From the NCBI GenBank assembly GCA_044440125.1, contig JBITAJ010000027.1, positions 96,001 through 160,000 of the forward strand: a stretch of 64,000 nucleotides of DNA. The letters are read 5' to 3'. The notes under the pieces were generated by a model, which was given only the letters and a program-made list of their open reading frames with translations, ran no database searches and had not been told where the DNA came from. This DNA is from Sedimentisphaeraceae bacterium JB056 (lineage in GTDB: Bacteria; Planctomycetota; Phycisphaerae; Sedimentisphaerales; Sedimentisphaeraceae). The position numbers and the translations under genes are program-made. Positions 58,178-64,000 of this stretch are shown piece by piece (the first letter of the stretch is position 1; every line of letters begins with the position of its first letter).

Positions 58178-58987
58178 TTAAATTCCAGATAGCTCTTTGC
58201 TTCTTTCTTTTGCCTTTTCCATTGCAAGGACAACTATTGCCCCGAACTGATCTTCATTGAACACTTTCAATGCGGCTTCTGTAGTGCCTCCTGGTGAGGT
58301 TACCTTCTTTCTTAGCTGTTCCGGTGTTTCACCTCTTTTGTCTGCTGAGGCAGCCAATTCCGCAGCCCCCAGAGCAGTCTGCAGGGTCAGTTTTTTCGCC
58401 GTCTCGGGGTCAAGGCCAAGCTCTATTCCGGCTTTGATCATCTCTTCCATCATAAGGAAGTAATATGCCGGGCCTGAGCCGCTTAGTGCCGTGACGGTGT
58501 CAATATCGTCTTCGCTTTTAACTACTACAGCTTCCCCGATCGCGGAGAATATCTGCAGGGCGGTATCAAGCTTGTCTTTTGCTTTTCTGTTGGCGTAAAG
58601 TCCTGCGGCTCCGCGGCCTACCAGCGATGGAGTGTTTGGCATTACCCTGACGACAGGGATATCGCCCAGAGCATCGGTGAACCGCACGACCGGTATTCCG
58701 GCAGCGATAGATATTAGCAGCTTGCTGTCATCAAAACTGCCGGCGATGCTTTCAAATACGATATCCATCGATTGCGGCTTTACTGCCATGACTGCTATTT
58801 TACTTAAACTTATAAGCTCCTTGTTGTCTCTCAACGCTGTTATATTGTAATTCTGCTGCATATAATTGAGGCGTTCATCGAATATGTCGCTTACATATAT
58901 GTCCGAGGCAGAGAAAGTGCCGGCGGAAATGATGCCTTTGATTATGGCCTCAGCCATGTTGCCTGCGCCTATAAAACCAATCTTCAT
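58178..58987 (-). CDS. proC: Pyrroline-5-carboxylate reductase
   Basis: GFIGAGNMAEA, AVKPQ, RVMPNTP, SGSGPAY and VTSPGGTT. Confidence 0.97.
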   Translation of the reverse strand: MKIGFIGAGNMAEAIIKGIISAGTFSASDIYVSDIFDERLNYMQQNYNITALRDNKELISLSKIAVMAVKPQSMDIVFESIAGSFDDSKLLISIAAGIPVVRFTDALGDIPVVRVMPNTPSLVGRGAAGLYANRKAKDKLDTALQIFSAIGEAVVVKSEDDIDTVTALSGSGPAYYFLMMEEMIKAGIELGLDPETAKKLTLQTALGAAELAASADKRGETPEQLRKKVTSPGGTTEAALKVFNEDQFGAIVVLAMEKAKERSKELSGI

Positions 58988-59372
58988 ACTTTATCTCCAA
59001 TCATGATCTATAATAAGCGTTCACGGCAGGATATGCCCGGTGTACGCTTGTATGTTTCCAATGCAATTCAATAAATTATCACAGTATTCTATCTTTTGAT
59101 TATAACCTAATGATGAGTTATTTCAAGAAACATATTTTATCAATATGAGAATACTTTAGTGTGTCTTGGCTTCGGGCTAAGTAATTTATATTATTTCAAT
59201 TGACTGCAAGGGCAACGGCTGGTATTATTAACGTGTAGTTTTAATGTTTAAGTGGTAATTGGGTTCAAAATATGCTGTTAATTATTGATGTATATGGAAT
59301 GTAAAAAAACAGCAAAATATTTGTTTTGAACCTATTTTAATACAATTAAAATGGCGTTTGGAAAATTGAATT

Positions 59373-60344
59373 ATGAATAAGTTTACTGATTTTGCAGTTT
59401 TAATAATCTTTGCTACTGGTTGTTTTGCCGACACTTTTGGCACAGGAGATAATCAATTCACTATTGATTTTGTAGATATTGTTGCTGATACCAGTTATGG
59501 CGGGCAATCAGTGGGTAGTGGTTTCACCACAAGCAATATTGATTACAACTATCGCATAGGGACTTATGAGATAACCAACAATCAGTGGGATAAATTTAAG
59601 GCCGAATATGGCACTGTGACAGGAAATCCATTGAATGCGTATGATGAAAATCCTTCTTTTACGAGTTCCAATGTACCTACTAACGAAGTAAGTTGGTATG
59701 AGGCGGCTCAATTTGTTAATTGGTTAAATATTAGCAACGGCTATCAAGTAGCTTATAAGTTTATAGGTACGCAAGGAACTAGTGATTATGCTCTGGCAAC
59801 TTGGAGTGGGCTTGAGGCTTGGAAAGGAGAAAATCTTTATCGCCACAGAGATGCACACTACTTTTTACCCACAGAAGATGAATGGGTAAAGGCAGCATAC
59901 TGGAATGGAAGTAATATTCAGACTTATGCTACCTTAGATGATACTATTCCTGAAGCTGGAGTGGATTCGAATTACAACCAAGAATTCCCTTATGATGGGC
60001 CTTGGGACATAGGTAGCGGTACAATCGAGCTTAACGGCACATTTGATATGATGGGGAATGTATGGGAATGGTTAGAAAGTCCTTACGACGACCAGAATTT
60101 TGGTATAAGCAGTTTACGTGGAGTTTTAGGCGGTGGTTGTGGTAGCTACGACTACCGCCTTGCATCATCTTATCGTGACACCGATTCTCCGTATAGCCAG
60201 GACGACACCAGAGGTTTTCGTATAACCTCAGTCTCAAAACCTTTTAAATGCCCCTCGGCAGATTTATCGGGGGATTGTTTTGTTGATATATTAGACTTAG
60301 CTATTCTGGCTCAACAATGGTGCAGTGGTTTACGGAATAATTGA
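59373..60344 (+). CDS. Secreted SUMF1/EgtB/PvdO (FGE-sulfatase) family protein with a C-terminal dockerin-like tag
   Basis: IGTYEITN, VSWYEAAQFVNWL, LPTEDEWVKAA, DMMGNVWEW and GFR; tail CPSADLSGDCFVDILDLAILAQQW. Confidence 0.88.
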   Translation: MNKFTDFAVLIIFATGCFADTFGTGDNQFTIDFVDIVADTSYGGQSVGSGFTTSNIDYNYRIGTYEITNNQWDKFKAEYGTVTGNPLNAYDENPSFTSSNVPTNEVSWYEAAQFVNWLNISNGYQVAYKFIGTQGTSDYALATWSGLEAWKGENLYRHRDAHYFLPTEDEWVKAAYWNGSNIQTYATLDDTIPEAGVDSNYNQEFPYDGPWDIGSGTIELNGTFDMMGNVWEWLESPYDDQNFGISSLRGVLGGGCGSYDYRLASSYRDTDSPYSQDDTRGFRITSVSKPFKCPSADLSGDCFVDILDLAILAQQWCSGLRNN

Positions 60345-60515
60345 AAAACTAAAAGCAGACAAGTCCAATAGTATTCCGCATCCTATTTGCTTTATCCATT
60401 TTTCAGTGGTTAATTATATCGTGCTTGCATAGCATTTCAATCTGTAAAGTGTATAGGAAGATAGGGTTTCTTTTTTTGCTAATTTTGCTTCTGTTATATA
60501 TTAATTGAGTTTGGT

Positions 60516-61091
60516 ATGGATCTGAACAACGTGAATATTATTATGGTAAGGGATAGACTCGACAATATCCCTGTGTGGGATCTGGCGGACGGTTTCTCTT
60601 TTCGTTATTATGAACCGGGCGACATGAATACCTGGTTTGGTATCGAGAGAAAGGCAGACCCGTATGATACGTTTAATGTGGATATGTTCGAAACGACATT
60701 CAGTAACCGCGTCGATTTGCTTGAAGGGCGTATGGTGTTTATATGCGACCGGGAGGATAATGCCGTTGCTACATCCACTGCATGGTATGAGAATGAACGG
60801 ACGGGATTAGTGCATTGGGTGGCGGTGGTCCCGGGGATGCAGGGAAGGGGACTTGCCAAACCGCTGCTTGCTCATACGATGAACAGACTTGCCGAACTTG
60901 GACATGAAAATGCGATGCTGCGGACGCAGATATTCAGAATACCGGCGATAAATCTTTATATCAAGGCCGGTTTTGTACCTTTGGTAAGATCGGAGCAGGA
61001 TAAGAAATGCTGGGAGGAAGTTAGCAGTAAGTTCAAGGCTTCAGGGCTTGACGGCAAAGTGATCGAGACGGCCTTGAAGACGGCTGATTGA
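60516..61091 (+). CDS. GNAT N-acetyltransferase
   Basis: VHWVAVVPGMQGRGLAK…AINLYIKAGF. Confidence 0.88.
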   Translation: MDLNNVNIIMVRDRLDNIPVWDLADGFSFRYYEPGDMNTWFGIERKADPYDTFNVDMFETTFSNRVDLLEGRMVFICDREDNAVATSTAWYENERTGLVHWVAVVPGMQGRGLAKPLLAHTMNRLAELGHENAMLRTQIFRIPAINLYIKAGFVPLVRSEQDKKCWEEVSSKFKASGLDGKVIETALKTAD

Positions 61092-61143
61092 CAGTATCTT
61101 AATTCGCAAGATTAAAATACTACCCAAAATTTCATTTGCTTTT

Positions 61144-62400
61144 TTATCTGTATATTTCCCTGACCGTTTCTGCGAGTATTTTTATTCCTGCTTTTAATGT
61201 GTTTTCATCAGCGGCGTAGTTCAGGCGGATGCATTGGGTTTGATGTTCCCATTTAGCGTCGAATCCAGGGAAGAAATAATGTCCCGGTATGACGAGTACG
61301 CCGTTTTCCTTTAATTTTTCGTAGAGAGTTTGTGAACTGACAGGCATCCCTTTGAACCTGAGCCACAGGAAGAAAGCACCCTCTGGTTTATGAATGGCAA
61401 GCGGTATATCTTTCATTTGCTCGGCGAGCATCGCGACAACTCTGTCAGCCTTTTTCTTATAGAAGGGGGCTACGATTTCGCGGCTAAGCCTTATGATTTC
61501 CCTACTCTTTACGAGTCTTGTCGCAAGTGCCGGGCCCAGTGAGCATGGGGCGAGGTTCATTATAGAGCCTGCCATTGAGATTGAACGTATCGTTTGTTCG
61601 TTCGCTATTATTATGCCGCATCTTGTGCCGGGCAGGCCGAGTTTTGAAAGGCTCATACAAACGATCGTATTGTCATTATAGTACGGCTTGACATCATCGA
61701 AGATTATATGCGGGAATGGTGTGCCGTAAGCGTTATCGATTATAAGCGGGATGCCGTTGTCTTTGGCAAGTGCCGATAGTTTGTGTATCTCATTGTCTGT
61801 CAATACGTTTCCGGTTGGGTTGGTCGGCCTTGATACGCATATAGCCGAGGTGTTTTCATCGGGTTTGACGGCATCAAAGTCGATATGGTATTTGAACAGA
61901 AGCTCATCAATGTTTTCGATTTTGGGTTTGAATGATTTGAACAGCCCTTCACTGTCGTCAATGCCGACATCGCTGTAGCCGATGTATTCAGGAGCCAGCG
62001 GCAGAAGTATCTTTTTGAAACTGCCGTCGTTAAATCTGCCGGCAAGGAAATTGAATAAAACAAAGAAGCCGCTCTGGCTGCCGTTGGTTATGGCTATATT
62101 CTTTTCGGTAATATCCCAGTTGTATTCTTCCCGCATCATCTCTGCAAGTGCTTCACGGAAGGGCAGGTAGCCTTCGGGGCCGCCGTAACTGCTGATTGTA
62201 TCCTCGAATTGACGGCCGTTTTCAAGCAGTGAATACATTTCACTTCTGAAGTGCTGCTGTATTTCGGGTATATCCGCAGGGTTGCCGCCGCCGAGCATTA
62301 TCATTTTTTTCTTGCTGCTTAAGGCCGCTCCAAGGTCGTCCATCAATGCACGTATCCCGGAGTCTCCAGTCATTTTGTTTCCGAAAGCCGATAGTTTCAT
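61144..62400 (-). CDS. avtA: Valine--pyruvate transaminase
   Basis: MKLSAFG…GI..LMDDLG, MLGGGNP, ITNGSQSGFF, SRPTNPTGN and SLSKLGLPG. Confidence 0.93.
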   Translation of the reverse strand: MKLSAFGNKMTGDSGIRALMDDLGAALSSKKKMIMLGGGNPADIPEIQQHFRSEMYSLLENGRQFEDTISSYGGPEGYLPFREALAEMMREEYNWDITEKNIAITNGSQSGFFVLFNFLAGRFNDGSFKKILLPLAPEYIGYSDVGIDDSEGLFKSFKPKIENIDELLFKYHIDFDAVKPDENTSAICVSRPTNPTGNVLTDNEIHKLSALAKDNGIPLIIDNAYGTPFPHIIFDDVKPYYNDNTIVCMSLSKLGLPGTRCGIIIANEQTIRSISMAGSIMNLAPCSLGPALATRLVKSREIIRLSREIVAPFYKKKADRVVAMLAEQMKDIPLAIHKPEGAFFLWLRFKGMPVSSQTLYEKLKENGVLVIPGHYFFPGFDAKWEHQTQCIRLNYAADENTLKAGIKILAETVREIYR

Positions 62401-62739
62401 ATCTAAAATCCTATGTTAAAATTAACCACTGTGAAATGATAAGCTTTGAAGGCTGTTAATTCAATTCTTTTGCTGTAATATTTTGTCTTTTAATGCGGCG
62501 TGGTATATCGTTAAATTAATTTATAGTACGATTTATTTTAAAAAAGAAATAAAAGATACTTGGAAGTTTGGGGCTGTACGATTATATTAAAAAGCATCAA
62601 GTTAGATTCAGCTCAGCGTTGATACGGCCTGATAGATTAGATAACCACGATAGCAATGGTCTTTTAAAGATCGTTTTAACCTTCACACATACTAAGTTAT
62701 ATACCGTTTGTATAGATTTAAGTTGAATGCAGAGATATT

Positions 62740-64000
62740 ATGAAAAAAACGATAAGATTTGGCCAGTGGCTAATTGAAAAAGAGAAAATCAGTGTTAAAC
62801 AGCTCGAAAAAGCCCTCGATAAACAACAGGGTACAAATATCAGGCTTGGAGCTATGCTTTCAGAGATGGGTATCCTTTCGGTTGCGGAAGTAACCCAATT
62901 ACTCTCAGAATATTTTAAAGTCGATTATTTTACCAGTGAATCTTTTGCAACTATCGATCTTGATGTCGCAAGAAAGCTGCCGGAACCTGTTTCAAGGCGT
63001 TTTTCAGCGCTTGTAGCACAGGAAGAGGGCAACTTTATGACCGTTGTAATGGTTGACCCTCTAAATGTTTTGGCGATAGACACCATACAGTCGAAGCTGA
63101 AATGTGATGTGAGGGTTGCGATCGCAGCAGAGGACGATATAAATCGCGGTATCGAAAGTGTTTATCACGGTTCGGATCTGGCAGAGCGTCAGCTTCGTGA
63201 TATTGTTGAGCTTGAGGTTGACTCTGAGGAAGAGGGTTCCGATGATGTGTTTGAACAGGACCTCAGCAGTGAGTCTGAGGCTGGTAAGGCACCTGTTATT
63301 CGTTTTGTGGATTTGATGCTGAGTCAGGCGATTAAGAGCCGTGCCAGTGATATTCATGTCGAGCCGCAGGAAAAAACCATGCTTATCCGTATGCGTGTTG
63401 ATGGGCAGCTTCAGAAGATGTTTCCACCGCCTCGTAAAATGCAGTCTGCTATTTTGACAAGGCTTAAGATTCTTGCACAGATGAATATAACCGAGCGAAG
63501 AGTGCCTCAGGACGGTCGTTTTAAGGTTAAATTGTCGGGTAAGGCTATTGATGTTCGTGTCAATTCCATACCGACTATATACGGCGAAAAGATCGTTATG
63601 CGTATTCTCGATCAGTCTGCGCTTAAGCACGATCTCAAGAGTATAGGTTTTGAAGATGATCTGCTTGAGTGTTTCATAGACGCTCTTTCCAAACCTCACG
63701 GAATTATTATTGTTACAGGTCCGACAGGCAGTGGTAAGAGTACAACTCTTTACTCTGCATTGAATTACCTTCTTGATCCAAAGAAGAATATTACAACAGT
63801 TGAGGATCCGGTAGAATATCGTCTTGCGGGCGTCAATCAGGTTCAGATACGTTCTGAGATTGGTCTTACATTCGCCTCGTGCCTGAGAGCGATATTGAGG
63901 CAGGACCCGGACATTATCCTTCTTGGTGAGATTCGTGACAAGGAGACGATGGATATAGCCATGAAGGCCGCTTTGACCGGTCACCTTGTTTTGAGTACAT
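62740..64000 (+). CDS. GspE/PilB-type secretion/pilus ATPase with an N-terminal MshEN-like domain; 3'-truncated by the window edge
   Basis: Translated by hand because it is absent from the ORF track: MKKTIRFGQWLIEKEKISVKQLEKALDKQ…IRLGAML, ASDIHVEP, PQDGR, TGPTGSGKSTTLY, TVEDPVEY, LRQDPDIILLGEIRD and AALTGHLVLST. Confidence 0.93.
   Translation, partial: MKKTIRFGQWLIEKEKISVKQLEKALDKQQGTNIRLGAMLSEMGILSVAEVTQLLSEYFKVDYFTSESFATIDLDVARKLPEPVSRRFSALVAQEEGNFMTVVMVDPLNVLAIDTIQSKLKCDVRVAIAAEDDINRGIESVYHGSDLAERQLRDIVELEVDSEEEGSDDVFEQDLSSESEAGKAPVIRFVDLMLSQAIKSRASDIHVEPQEKTMLIRMRVDGQLQKMFPPPRKMQSAILTRLKILAQMNITERRVPQDGRFKVKLSGKAIDVRVNSIPTIYGEKIVMRILDQSALKHDLKSIGFEDDLLECFIDALSKPHGIIIVTGPTGSGKSTTLYSALNYLLDPKKNITTVEDPVEYRLAGVNQVQIRSEIGLTFASCLRAILRQDPDIILLGEIRDKETMDIAMKAALTGHLVLST

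Noticed and set aside
62401..62739. Possible c-di-GMP riboswitch upstream of the pilus ATPase
   Set aside because: No GEMM-type GCAAA/GNRA-receptor consensus seen
63061..63984. 307-aa minus-strand ORF
   Set aside because: Antisense shadow of the plus-strand GspE/PilB ATPase, which carries all the family motifs

Overview
About 45 protein genes from what looks like an anaerobic Planctomycetota (Phycisphaerae/Sedimentisphaerales-like) chromosome. The taxonomy is inferred from a DUF1559-type prepilin/H-X9-DG protein, dockerin-like C-terminal tags and giant membrane-anchored ECF sigma factors. Housekeeping genes (mgtE, lysA, apt, tyrA, xth, truA, tatA, galM, eno, rpmA, nusB, ribH, rnr, proC, avtA and a 3'-truncated GspE/PilB ATPase) alternate with AT-rich accessory genes for secreted proteins. 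No rRNA, tRNA, CRISPR array or transposase was recognised. The most notable items are: (1) three ~1,230-1,330 aa ECF-sigma/TM/extracytoplasmic-repeat genes that share a near-identical internal DNA cassette, lie in both inverted and direct orientation, and each carry an upstream TGTCAC promoter box; (2) a Sec-signal RHS protein whose C-terminal NlpC/P60-like domain lacks its catalytic Cys and His; (3) two unannotated structured-RNA candidates (7673-7825 and 30136-30440); (4) a ClpP homologue with a lipoprotein signal; (5) a membrane-tethered RRM protein with a structured 5' leader. All family calls come from motif recognition by eye; no database search was run.
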